Positions 27,949-37,089 of a stretch of 62,400 bases of DNA are shown piece by piece. Within the stretch, counting starts at the first letter, position 1. Each line of letters begins with the position of its first letter. This stretch comes from Candidatus Omnitrophota bacterium (GTDB lineage Bacteria > Omnitrophota > Gorgyraeia > Duberdicusellales > 4484-171), in contig PMCS01000028.1 in NCBI GenBank assembly GCA_003154195.1, forward strand, positions 1 through 62,400, read 5' to 3'. Under the pieces are notes generated by a model. That model ran no database searches and was not told the origin of the DNA. It saw only the letters and a program-made list of their open reading frames with translations. A program made the position numbers and the translations under genes.

Positions 27949-28229
27949 ATGATTTTATATAATTTACCGCGATTTTACGCAAGTAATAAAGTAAGGTAGG
28001 CGGTTTATCCAAACTATTATTTTTCATAAAGATAATCACAACAAATATTTGATTTGTAGCTGTTTGGTATATATACTAGTGCACTGTTAAATTAATTTTT
28101 AATGGTATCACTTGGAGAAAAATTAATTTTTACATGCACTTGCACCGCGTACCACTATTAATAATTAAGTTAACGCGGTACTAGTTACATAAACCGTCTA
28201 CTATACAAAAAGGGGGCAACAGGCACGTT

Positions 28230-28577
28230 TTATTCTGGGAAAAGGTGTCTGTCCCCTTTTTCTTTTTCAGACCCCTTTTCATTAGAGCTAACTGGAAATA
28301 CTCTATTCGTCACGCCAATAGATTTCGCTACCTCTTTTCCGCCAACATCGGCATACACTATTTCAACCATATTGCCTTCCTGGATATTATCTAAATTGAT
28401 ATTTTTGCCTGATTTTCTAATCTTTGTGCTTTTGTCAACAAAAACCACGACGGTCTTGGATTGATTGTCATCAGTAAAGACAACTAAGGAATTGTTCCGA
28501 AGATTTACCATTAAAGCAAACCCTCGGGCATGAGACACGCTAAATAATTTTTTTATTTTAAGGAAAAATTCCCGCAA
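28230..28577 (-). CDS. hypothetical small protein (beta-rich)
   Basis: ORF only, TTG start (an internal ATG is the alternative). The C-terminal codons overlap a GGGACAGACACC-type short repeat. Confidence 0.4.
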   Translation of the reverse strand: MREFFLKIKKLFSVSHARGFALMVNLRNNSLVVFTDDNQSKTVVVFVDKSTKIRKSGKNINLDNIQEGNMVEIVYADVGGKEVAKSIGVTNRVFPVSSNEKGSEKEKGDRHLFPE

Positions 28578-28732
28578 AGCAACACCTCACCCGGAAAAAT
28601 ATTATATCTGGATATTAACCTGCACCCTTTAAGCTATGTCAAAAGTTGTAATAGGATAATAGTAACAGAAGGCGGTGCTTATGGCAAAGAAAAAGTTCAA
28701 GGCGGAACAACTTGACGTTTTCCGTTGAATAT

Positions 28733-28852
28733 CTACCCGTGCCATACAGATCAACCAGGATTAGGGCTTGAAAACTAGTGTATCAGGTCTGTCGTCAAAA
28801 ATTGACCCCTTCAAGCCCCCCATGCTTTGCCGCTGAGTTCAGGGTTTAGTTC
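28733..28852 (+). mobile_element. IS left-end fragment, type A
   Basis: CTACCCGTGCCATACAGATCAACCAGGATTAGGGCTTGAAAACT...TGTCGTCAAAAATTGACCCC...GGGTTTAGTTC. Matches 33154-33269, 40112-40177, 52822-52890 and 60116-60243. Confidence 0.8.
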
Positions 28853-28977
28853 TTTTTTGATCACTGCGGCCATTTTCGTTACTATATCCTGGAGTTTCTC
28901 AATTTTCTCTTTGGCCATATAAGATGGCCTGTTGCCATTGGTTTTACTTCCATCTGACCCCGGAAGGTAGCAACTCA

Positions 28978-29244
28978 TTAAGGCTGGCTAAGAATATCAT
29001 GGGTGCCGATTCGGCGGAGAAAAATTTCCTCGGGAAAAACTTCAAAGGTAAGCCGGTAACTCATAGTAATACTCATTTCCCAGATCGTCTGCGTTCCTTT
29101 TATCTTTTTTACCCGCAATGAAGGATGGCCGGGGTTTTCTTGGAAAAGCTCCAGCTTCTCGTAGGCGGCTTCGCGAATTTGCTGAGGCAAGCGGGCAAAC
29201 GCTTTTTCAAACGGCCGGGTAATGACGAGACGTTTATCTTTCAA
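28978..29244 (-). CDS. RelE/ParE-superfamily toxin
   Basis: 88 aa. Its start overlaps the end of the upstream AbrB-type antitoxin gene by 11 nt. The FEKAFARLPQQIREAAYEKLELFQENPGHPSLRVKKIKG...RIGTHD pattern is typical of RelE/ParE-like toxins. Confidence 0.75.
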   Translation of the reverse strand: MKDKRLVITRPFEKAFARLPQQIREAAYEKLELFQENPGHPSLRVKKIKGTQTIWEMSITMSYRLTFEVFPEEIFLRRIGTHDILSQP

Positions 29245-29506
29245 AATGCCGCCTCATTTCTTTAACACTCTTGAATGCCCGGGTATGGCCTTTTCTCTTA
29301 GCCTGCTCGACTTCCTTTTCCCCTTCCTGCCACTGTTTAGACCAAAACCAGGCTTGGCCTTCATCTACCATGGTTTGCGGCTTAATAACAATCGCGCCCT
29401 TCTCCCAACAAAAACCGAGTAAACTGCCTACCCGGATATGCAGTCTTTTGCGCAACGCTGCCGGAATAGTTATCTGGAAATTCCTGGTAACTTTTGATAC
29501 TGTCAT
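29234..29506 (-). CDS. AbrB/MazE/SpoVT-family antitoxin
   Basis: The N-terminus VTRNFQITIPAALRKRLHIRVGS is a SpoVT-AbrB swapped-hairpin motif. Lies upstream of, and overlaps, the toxin gene. Confidence 0.8.
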   Translation of the reverse strand: MTVSKVTRNFQITIPAALRKRLHIRVGSLLGFCWEKGAIVIKPQTMVDEGQAWFWSKQWQEGEKEVEQAKRKGHTRAFKSVKEMRRHFER

Positions 29507-29843
29507 ATTGTTTATCCTCCATTACTAATTTACTATATTACTAGACATTTGTCAACCCCTTTTGATATTTTATTCCAGGAGTTTATACTCCGGCTGGTGC
29601 ATAATGCGTATACTATTGACCTGAAAGGCGAATCAATGAGAAAAACTGCCGGAAAAAAAGAAGCGCAAAAATAACCGATTCAGAAAATACGCTCTTTAAA
29701 AATAGAAACGATCAATAAAAGAATAAAATAAGAAAATCTTTTATCGTCGCTTAGCTCCGGGAAGAAAAAATTATCAGCTTAAGGCCAGTGGTAAAAGTTG
29801 AGCGGCTTTAGTGGTAAAACTTTTCCGGCACGGGTGGTAAAAG

Positions 29844-30575
29844 TTAGCGAGATTCGCAGACGAGCGGCTCTTCCCATCCGAAACAAGTATTTCCTATCCC
29901 GGTAAGCAGCTTGAATGCTTTAATACATTCGGGATCGATTCGCGCGTATTCCATCAATACCTGAACAACTTCGCGCATGAATCCACCCACAATACCGTTC
30001 GAGTCGTCTACGCCGCCCTCACATAGCTTTTTGTCCAATCGCAAAAGTAACTTTATCAGGATTTCTGCCGATGGTCTGTTAACCGGCAAATCAGAAACGA
30101 TGGCCGACAGTATACTGCATCCCTCCATCAAAGAATCCTGATTTGAAAACCATGTCCGCGAAGGCCCGGTATATGGCTTGATATATCTCATCCCCAGGCT
30201 GATGGACTTCTTAACGGATTTTATCTCTTCCCCGCTTAACGCTTCCCGCCTGCTGCCACATTCAACATGATGCGATTGCTTCTTGTCCTCAGCGCTTAAC
30301 AGCTGTCCGCCCCGAACCACATATAGCGCTAAAGCGACCATGTGCTTGCAAAGCGTGTCCTTTTGCCCAAAATAACAAGTGCAATTTCCGTGTTTGTAAT
30401 TCCGGGCAGACACCGACACGTGATATGACTCCGTGCCCAGAACAATCGCGGCATAACCCCTGCCAAATTCCTCAACTTTGGTAATTTTGCCGCCTTCATA
30501 TAAACCAACCGCGCGCTGGAAAGTCGGCCCATCCGTCGCAAATTTTATTTTATTTAAATCGTAATTTGGGAGCAT
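29844..30575 (-). CDS. SWIM zinc-finger protein
   Basis: CTCYFGQKDTLCKHMVAL matches the CxCx(n)CxH SWIM signature; 243 aa. Confidence 0.7.
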   Translation of the reverse strand: MLPNYDLNKIKFATDGPTFQRAVGLYEGGKITKVEEFGRGYAAIVLGTESYHVSVSARNYKHGNCTCYFGQKDTLCKHMVALALYVVRGGQLLSAEDKKQSHHVECGSRREALSGEEIKSVKKSISLGMRYIKPYTGPSRTWFSNQDSLMEGCSILSAIVSDLPVNRPSAEILIKLLLRLDKKLCEGGVDDSNGIVGGFMREVVQVLMEYARIDPECIKAFKLLTGIGNTCFGWEEPLVCESR

Positions 30576-30673
30576 AGAAAAAATAAATCACGAAACTTTT
30601 AACACATCAAATGAAGGGGACAAAAAGGTGTCTGTCCTCTTTTGACAAATACGAAAATATATCGTTTGGTTTT

Positions 30674-31177
30674 TCAATGATATTTAGGCGCTGCTGAACC
30701 CAATGTAACCATGGTCAAGCCCACCAAAAATAGCTTGATGCCCAGCAAAATACCCAGAGCCCATGCCCCCGAAAGAGGAAACTGATGCCACATCATCAGG
30801 CCAAGCAGGATCGAGACGATCCCTCCGAAAAGCAACCACCCCCCACCGGCGTTTGTTCCGATTTTGACGCCGATAAAAACCTCGGATATGCCGTCAAGGA
30901 TGAAGTACGCTGCCAAAAGAATTGTCAACATGCCGGATGCAAAAATCGGATTGCTGATAAGCACGATACCGCACAGTATGGTAAAACCGCCGATAGCCAA
31001 CCTTAGTATGTCCTTACCGATACTGCCGGCCTGAAACGCCCAAACGACTCGAATAATACCGGCGACCAAAACTAAAATTCCCAAGGCGGTCGTAATCGAC
31101 AATCCCGTCAAGCCGGGCGTCAGCAGCGCCAGTATCCCCAGGATAATACAGATGATGCCTAAAGTCGTCATACCCAT
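30674..31177 (-). CDS. HdeD/DUF308-family membrane protein
   Basis: 167 aa with six short glycine-rich TM helices of repeated GxxxLxGxxxI pattern, typical of DUF308. Confidence 0.7.
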   Translation of the reverse strand: MGMTTLGIICIILGILALLTPGLTGLSITTALGILVLVAGIIRVVWAFQAGSIGKDILRLAIGGFTILCGIVLISNPIFASGMLTILLAAYFILDGISEVFIGVKIGTNAGGGWLLFGGIVSILLGLMMWHQFPLSGAWALGILLGIKLFLVGLTMVTLGSAAPKYH

Positions 31178-31213
31178 AACTTCCTCCTTTCTCCTATTGC
31201 TATTTATTACCTT

Positions 31214-31771
31214 TCAATTTAATGTATTTCTTGCGACCCAAGCCGCAAACGCTTGCATAAACTTCTGTATAAACTCCCGGGTTGAATCATTGGTAAGATT
31301 GCCCTTTTCATCAAAGAGATTAGCGGCATTCCCGATATATGCTTCCGGCTGCTGCATAGTAGGAATATTAAGGAACACCAGTATCTGACGCAGGTGATGG
31401 TTCGCGCCGAATCCTCCTATGGCGCCTATCGATACGCTCACAACCGCTCCCGGCTTCCCATTCCACGCACTTTGCCCATAGGGACGCGACCCGACATCAA
31501 GAGCGTTCTTGAGCACGGCAGGAACAGAACGATTGTATTCGGGCGTGACAAACAAAACCCCATCGAATTTTTTTAACGATTCCCGGAATTGCGTATAGGC
31601 AACCGGCGGATTATCATCGAAGTCCTGGTTGTATAAAGGCAACCCGCCGATCTCAACTATCTCTAACTTAAGCGATTCGGGTGAAACCTTAATTAGTGCC
31701 TTGACCATCTTGCGGTTAAATGATTCCTTGCGCAGGCTTCCTACGAAAACAGCGATCTTTTTCTGTATCAT
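31214..31771 (-). CDS. NADPH-dependent FMN reductase (ChrR/flavodoxin-like)
   Basis: KIAVFVGSLRKESFNRK...LFVTPEYNRSVPAVLKNALD matches the FMN_red family signature. Confidence 0.85.
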   Translation of the reverse strand: MIQKKIAVFVGSLRKESFNRKMVKALIKVSPESLKLEIVEIGGLPLYNQDFDDNPPVAYTQFRESLKKFDGVLFVTPEYNRSVPAVLKNALDVGSRPYGQSAWNGKPGAVVSVSIGAIGGFGANHHLRQILVFLNIPTMQQPEAYIGNAANLFDEKGNLTNDSTREFIQKFMQAFAAWVARNTLN

Positions 31772-31844
31772 AAGTCTTTCCTCCCCTTTAAATATTCCCC
31801 TTTTAGCTGATGTAACAATTTATGGAATTCTTCGTGCTTACCAA

Positions 31845-32131
31845 CTACCCGTGCCGTTCAAATTGAGGCTCAAAAACTGGTGCATAATGTCTGTCGGCGA
31901 AAATTGACACAAATGAGAATTCTTGAAGGGATTTCAGCGGATTCAAGCTTTTTATTCATTCCCGCAGAAAACCCTGCTTTTCAAAGCGGGGATGAATGCG
32001 GAATGAATAATCCCGCTGCAGTTTAGCGGGATTATCTAGAAGAAGCCCCGCGTTTCAACGCGGAGCGATTCACTGCCAGGGGGATGCAGAAAAGATAAGA
32101 CTTCTAGCCGATGGTAAAATCAGCGTTTTTT
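31845..32131 (+). mobile_element. IS left-end fragment, type B, carrying a 120-bp triple-hairpin insert
   Basis: Starts CTACCCGTGCCGTTCAAATTGAGGCTCAAAAACTGGTGCATAATGTCTGTCGGCGAAAATTGACAC and ends GCCGATGGTAAAATCAGCGTTTTTT as at 62116-62137. Its last 12 nt overlap the 3' end of the Fic CDS. Confidence 0.8.
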
Positions 32132-33058
32132 AACCTCCGGCCCCCTGTCCTCCTTTATCTTTCCTTCTAACAGCCTGTATCCTACCATAACACTGTCGCA
32201 GACCATTTGAACGATATTTTTCATATCCCCATCATCAGCTTTGCCTAATGCCATGTAGTAATTATACCTATCCTCTATCCGTACTACCGCTGGGGGAAAA
32301 CCCTGGCTTAATAACTGGCTGGCCGTTAAAAGCCTTCCGGTTCGGCCGTTACCGTCAAAAAAAGGATGAATTACCTCAAACTCATAATGGTCATGGGCAA
32401 TTTTCCCTAAGGGATCCTTTCCGCAAGTATTGATATGTTTTATAAGGTTGTCCATGCGTAGCGGCACTTCCTGCGCCGAGGGAAGCGCCTTTTCGGTATT
32501 GGTCAAAATCACATGGCCGGTGCGGAATTTCCCCGGGAGTTTGTCGTTAAAATTATACATGATGATTTCATGTAGTTTCAAAACATAGTCCAACCCGATT
32601 TTAAACCCTGGCCTTATCGTTTCAAGCATATAGTTCATGGCGTTCTTGTGATTTATCGCTTCAAGAATTTCAAATACTTCTTTGCCTTTGACTTTTTCTC
32701 CGGCGATAGCGGCTTCGGTATCTTTTAGCGACATCCGGCTGCCTTCAATAGCATTGGAATGATAGGTCATATTAAGAATAAAACTTGCGCGTATTTCGTT
32801 ATTTGTTTTCAAAAAGTTCGGCGGCTCCGGACATTTTCCTCGCAGCTCTAAAACAACGCTACGGATATCGATATATTCCTTAAATAGCTGGTCGATATCC
32901 CGGCTCTGCCGTGGATGGGGATTGACGTCTTTTTTCAACCAGCGCCAGACGGTGACATACGGCACTTCCAGCCATTTCGCTAGGTTGGCGACGGAAGTAC
33001 CGGTTTTGGCTAATATTTTTTCGAGTTTCTGCTTGTCGGATAATTGTAGTATTTTCAT
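32120..33058 (-). CDS. Fic-family protein with an N-terminal HTH (class II, intramolecular inhibitory motif)
   Basis: Fic motif HPFFDGNGRTGR. SNAIEG matches the (S/T)xxxE(G/N) inhibitory motif N-terminal to the core. N-terminal HTH (TSVANLAKWLEVPYVTVWRW). Confidence 0.9.
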   Translation of the reverse strand: MKILQLSDKQKLEKILAKTGTSVANLAKWLEVPYVTVWRWLKKDVNPHPRQSRDIDQLFKEYIDIRSVVLELRGKCPEPPNFLKTNNEIRASFILNMTYHSNAIEGSRMSLKDTEAAIAGEKVKGKEVFEILEAINHKNAMNYMLETIRPGFKIGLDYVLKLHEIIMYNFNDKLPGKFRTGHVILTNTEKALPSAQEVPLRMDNLIKHINTCGKDPLGKIAHDHYEFEVIHPFFDGNGRTGRLLTASQLLSQGFPPAVVRIEDRYNYYMALGKADDGDMKNIVQMVCDSVMVGYRLLEGKIKEDRGPEVKKR

Positions 33059-33153
33059 TTCTTTAAAATAGTAAAGTTATTTGTTTTACATATGTAACAA
33101 CATTTATCTGATAAGAATATAACATATGTAATAAATAAAGTCAAGCTTAAACT

Positions 33154-33613
33154 CTCCCCGTGCCATTCAGATTAACCAGGATTAGGGCTTGAAAACTGTT
33201 ACATCAGGTTGTCGGCGAAAATGACCCCTCTAAGACCCTCCCTATGCTTTGCCGCTGGGTTCAGGGTTTAGGCAATGAACCGCCGGGATATAAAAACAGA
33301 AATAATTCAGGAAAACTAAAATGCCAATCGCGGATGGGTGGGATGATGAAGCACAAATGTACTCCCTGCGGCAAGCTCGCCTCGTTTCGCATTGGCGAAG
33401 CGGGCCGCGCTGGTATCTAGCTTCATTTCTTCGAAGTTCTCCTACGCTCTTTGAGCTTTGGAAAAATCTCGCCGAAGTTCTCCTCCGCCGTTATTGACTT
33501 CGGAGAAATCTCGCCGAAGCTTTAGCGAAAGTGGACCTTGGCGAAGGCGGACCTTGGCGAAGGAGAATGGGGCATTATTATTGGGGGTAGGGTTGGATTT
33601 TACATGAACAGCC
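33154..33613 (+). mobile_element. internally deleted, non-autonomous IS copy (left end A + transposase C-terminal codons + C-insert + right end)
   Basis: The left end (33154-33269) is joined directly to NEPPGYKNRNNSGKLKCQSRMGG-coding sequence. A 221-bp insert follows (33348-33568), then GGCATTATTATTGGGGGTAGGG...TTTTACATGAACAGCC. Confidence 0.8.
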
Positions 33614-33639
33614 GATAGCAAAAAACGTTTGGCGACAAG

Positions 33640-34188
33640 TCAAAATGATATCCCCATGGCGGGAGTAACACTACCTTCAGATGTACTTTTCAACTTTACC
33701 GGCGAGGCATCTTCATCCTTGTTATCAGATTTACCCTTAGCCCCAGCCTGCTTTAACAGGCGGACGATTTCAGTATCCCCGTTCTGTTCTGCCCACATTA
33801 AGGCTGTCGCACCATCATTAGCTTTAGAATTGACATCGGCACCCTTAGCCAGTAAAACCTTAACGATTTCAGTATGTCCTTTTAATGCCGCTATCATCAA
33901 AGCTGTCCAACCGGCGTTATTCTTCACACTAGCATCAGCACCTTTGGCCGATAAAGTCTCAACGGTTTCAGCATATCCGTTCTGCGCTGCCAATATCAAG
34001 GCTGTCGCACCATATTTATCCTGGGCATTAACATCGGCGCCTTGAGCCAGCAAAGCCGTGACGGTTTCCGTATGCCCGTTCGTTGCTGCATCAAGCAACC
34101 GCTGATTCAAGTCCTGCGCGAAGACGGTAACCGAAACCAGTAACATTAACAATACAATTCCACTGAATATTTTTATTGTTCGAAGCAT
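33640..34188 (-). CDS. secreted ankyrin-repeat protein
   Basis: Signal peptide, then four ANK repeats (GxTALxxAAxxGHxExVxxLLxxGADVNA). Confidence 0.9.
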   Translation of the reverse strand: MLRTIKIFSGIVLLMLLVSVTVFAQDLNQRLLDAATNGHTETVTALLAQGADVNAQDKYGATALILAAQNGYAETVETLSAKGADASVKNNAGWTALMIAALKGHTEIVKVLLAKGADVNSKANDGATALMWAEQNGDTEIVRLLKQAGAKGKSDNKDEDASPVKLKSTSEGSVTPAMGISF

Positions 34189-34395
34189 TTTTTGCTCCTA
34201 TTGCCGGGTATGAATAAACTTACCGCAAGATTCTTAATTATCAGTTTGCTTTGAATACATCCACCCCTTTGGCTGAATCAAGACATTGAGCGATTCTTCG
34301 CTCCTCGTTTTTTGTCAAAACGACTATGGAAATTAATGGTTTTCTTCGGATATTTCTTGTAGCATGATAATTCATTCCTTCCCCCGCGCTTAAAA

Positions 34396-35352
34396 TCAAT
34401 TCGCCGGTTTTGAAGCTAACTCGATATTCAGTTCTAATTGAAGACCGTTAAACCCTGTGCTATCACTATGCATTCTGTGGTTGCCGATCTCGCCGTCTTC
34501 TCCTTCGGGATTGCGCTTGCCCCCATGCATGCCATGGTCGCCATGCATGCCACCATGTCTACCCCCCGACATTCCCCCGCCCATCCTGTGTCCTCCCATA
34601 CCGGAATTATTGCCGTTTTCCGATTCCCCTTCAGATTTATTCCAAGTATTACCCGGATTATCACCGGACATTCTTTCTGATTTGGGCATTTCTGGTTCAG
34701 GGATTTCAAAACATACATCAACTTGCTTAAGATTATTGTCGCTTAAGGCATAGGGATGCTGGGAATTTTTAACAATGGGTATCTTAAGTTCATAAATGAT
34801 ATTGCCGGATGAATTGCCTATCGCTACCTCAAGGCCAATTTCTTTTAAAAATTCAAACTGGTTTCTGATGCTATGGGCGCCCTTCGCGTTTATTATCTCT
34901 ATTTTTTTAAACATATCTTCGAGTAATTTAACCGTTTGCTCCGGTTCCATAGGTTTTTGCTTGTCCGCGGAAAATCCCGGTATGTGTGTCATGCCTATAG
35001 GAAAACGAATTCCCAACTTTTTATCATCGTCATTATTATTGAACCATACGGTAAAACCCGACATCATCATCAAGCGGCATAAATTTTTATCCCAGCAATA
35101 CATATGCAGATATAAATAATTCTCGTCGTTGAATATACCGAAAACGACATCCTGACTGTTAATGCTTATTTTGCGGTCCTGCCATTCGTCGCTTTTACCA
35201 TCGATAATAATTGCGCGGTCTCGCCACCGGCTGGTTATTGTGGACGCCCCGCATTCCGCAGAAAAAATACCCGGCAGCGCTAAAATAAACAAAACCGATA
35301 CAAAGAATAATTTTAAGGTCTTTATATTATTCGTCAGAATCATTTGTTGCAT
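34396..35352 (-). CDS. secreted protein with a His/Gly/Met-rich C-terminal tract
   Basis: Signal peptide (LFFVSVLFILALPGIFSAE). C-terminal tract GMGGHRMGGGMSGGRHGGMHGDHGMHGG. Confidence 0.6.
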   Translation of the reverse strand: MQQMILTNNIKTLKLFFVSVLFILALPGIFSAECGASTITSRWRDRAIIIDGKSDEWQDRKISINSQDVVFGIFNDENYLYLHMYCWDKNLCRLMMMSGFTVWFNNNDDDKKLGIRFPIGMTHIPGFSADKQKPMEPEQTVKLLEDMFKKIEIINAKGAHSIRNQFEFLKEIGLEVAIGNSSGNIIYELKIPIVKNSQHPYALSDNNLKQVDVCFEIPEPEMPKSERMSGDNPGNTWNKSEGESENGNNSGMGGHRMGGGMSGGRHGGMHGDHGMHGGKRNPEGEDGEIGNHRMHSDSTGFNGLQLELNIELASKPAN

Positions 35353-35737
35353 TACCCGGCGCAGTAAGATTTGCTGCGTTATCCTTGTCGCTCACATCTG
35401 AGTTTAATGTACCGGTTTGATTATCTTCTTCATCATCGAAGACATAATCATAACTAGTTGCCTTTAACCCCATTTCGGTTTTTTCGATGGTTATTTCAAC
35501 TTTATCGCCTACCTCCACATAAGAATCTTCTAAGAATTCTTTGGTTGTGAAGATTTTTGTTCCGTCAACAATTATATAAGTTGAATCGGCGGCAATTTGC
35601 TTAACGGTTCCTTTGATTTTTGATTCCGCAGTTTTTTGTACGCTGGATGTCGCAGTGAAATTTCCCGCCTCTTTATTAATACCCGAATTTTGAGCGAAAA
35701 CCAGGGCTGGAAACAATACTCCCACATAGGAAAACAT
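35327..35737 (-). CDS. secreted small beta-domain protein with an acidic tail
   Basis: The ATG at 35737 gives the signal peptide MFSYVGVLFPALVFAQ (the track's TTG at 35773 is the alternative). The tail overlaps the next gene by 26 nt. Confidence 0.55.
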   Translation of the reverse strand: MFSYVGVLFPALVFAQNSGINKEAGNFTATSSVQKTAESKIKGTVKQIAADSTYIIVDGTKIFTTKEFLEDSYVEVGDKVEITIEKTEMGLKATSYDYVFDDEEDNQTGTLNSDVSDKDNAANLTAPGNATNDSDE

Positions 35738-35779
35738 GGCGATATTTATAACATTATCAAAAAATAATTCCAATTCCTG

Positions 35780-36217
35780 TTATTCCCCGCCGGAACCCTG
35801 GTCATTGCCGCTATGCCCGCCGCCGCGATTACCTCCGTGGTTATGGCCGTGTTTTCCGGCTTTTCGCTCCTCTCGTTTTTGTTTTAGTTTCGTCACCTGG
35901 TCAGCGTTCAAATACTTGGCTAATTTTGTATCCCTCTCCTGGTTTAGTTTTTCCATCTGTTCTTTGATTGCTTCGCGAGAGTCATGGCCCTGTTCTTTTG
36001 CTTGTTCCCAGAGGTCTTTACGCTTCTTCATGTCCTCGGTAATGATCGGTAGTATTTTAGCCGCCTGATCGTCGGTTAAATTAAGGTCGGCTTTCATTTT
36101 CTCTACCACTGCCTCCGGTGTTTGTTCCTTATGTTGGGCATGCACTACGCCGACGGCTAGAAACAAGGTTACCACTGCGAATAAAAATGCCGTGAAAGAC
36201 TTCCCCTTACCATTCAT
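35780..36217 (-). CDS. periplasmic Spy/CpxP/ZraP-like (LTxxQ) protein with a His/Gly-rich tail
   Basis: Signal peptide; LTDDQ and LNADQ (LTxxQ) motifs. Tail GKHGHNHGGNRGGGHSGNDQG. Confidence 0.6.
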   Translation of the reverse strand: MNGKGKSFTAFLFAVVTLFLAVGVVHAQHKEQTPEAVVEKMKADLNLTDDQAAKILPIITEDMKKRKDLWEQAKEQGHDSREAIKEQMEKLNQERDTKLAKYLNADQVTKLKQKREERKAGKHGHNHGGNRGGGHSGNDQGSGGE

Positions 36218-36310
36218 AACCCTCCTTTAACCCTGCGGCTTGTAGGTTGAGTCAAATCAACCTGCTTGCCGTAGGGAGGTTCGTTATATCCTTGTAAAAT
36301 CCGGTATGGC

Positions 36311-36937
36311 TTATTCGTTTTCCTCAGACACATTAGCCTCTTGTGCGGGAGGATTCTTATTTCCCTTTCCCCACGCTCCATGTTGCTTCCATCCCATTTC
36401 CATTGCGCGGTGAGAACGCATCTCTTTGAGCTTTTTCTGCTGATCTTTAGTAATAATTTTATTCAGGTTTACGCAGGCTTCAACTGCATCTTTAGCCTTC
36501 TGCGCCTTAGCGACGTATTCTTTGTCAAGAAGGCCATTGATGGTTTTGATATCGGCCTCGTCTTTTCTAAGCCCTTCTTTAATATCCAAAGCCAACAATT
36601 CGATGTCCGCGTTCTCCTTTATAATGGTCTTGAGAAAATTGTATTTCAGCGTTTCTACCTTTTCTTTCTGGTCATCGGTCAGGCCGATATCGGCGGAACG
36701 CCCTAAGATAAGACCGACTTTGAAAAAAAAGAGCCTGTCCATGCCATGTTCAGCCCCCATACCCTTATGCATACCCATCATATGATGCCCACCCATGAAA
36801 CCGCCGTCTTGCGGCCGCATCTTTTCACACCCTCCCATGGCGGAATTCTTTTTTAAATTTCCTTCGGCAAAAGCTACTGACGACACAGCTACCGCCGCAC
36901 AAAATAGTACCAGAAAAATCTTCCCCGCATGTCTCAT
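36311..36937 (-). CDS. periplasmic Spy/CpxP/ZraP-like (LTxxQ) protein with a His/Met-rich N-terminal tract
   Basis: Signal peptide; GGFMGGHHMMGMHKGMGAEHGM; LTDDQKEKVETL and ITKDQQKKL motifs. Confidence 0.6.
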   Translation of the reverse strand: MRHAGKIFLVLFCAAVAVSSVAFAEGNLKKNSAMGGCEKMRPQDGGFMGGHHMMGMHKGMGAEHGMDRLFFFKVGLILGRSADIGLTDDQKEKVETLKYNFLKTIIKENADIELLALDIKEGLRKDEADIKTINGLLDKEYVAKAQKAKDAVEACVNLNKIITKDQQKKLKEMRSHRAMEMGWKQHGAWGKGNKNPPAQEANVSEENE

Positions 36938-37089
36938 ACCGTTTCTCCTTTTTTGTTGCTACCAGCTCATAAACCCTATTTTTAATTCCCGTACATCACT
37001 TGTAATAGCTTATCTTTTGAAAATTCACTGATACAATTCCGCTACCGATTTTTATTACTTATTATCCAAGACGTTTTCCTACCCACCCT

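Noticed and set aside
28681-28728. Tiny plus-strand ORF MAKKKFKAEQLDVFR* resembling the N-terminus of IS3-family OrfA, cut off by the IS left end at 28733.
   Set aside because: Fifteen codons are too few to support a call. It may be a remnant of another IS, but that cannot be shown.
29788-29845. Possible miniature CRISPR array (three direct repeats).
   Set aside because: The repeats are only 12 bp with 11-bp spacers, and there are no cas genes. No other regularly spaced repeat array exists in the window.
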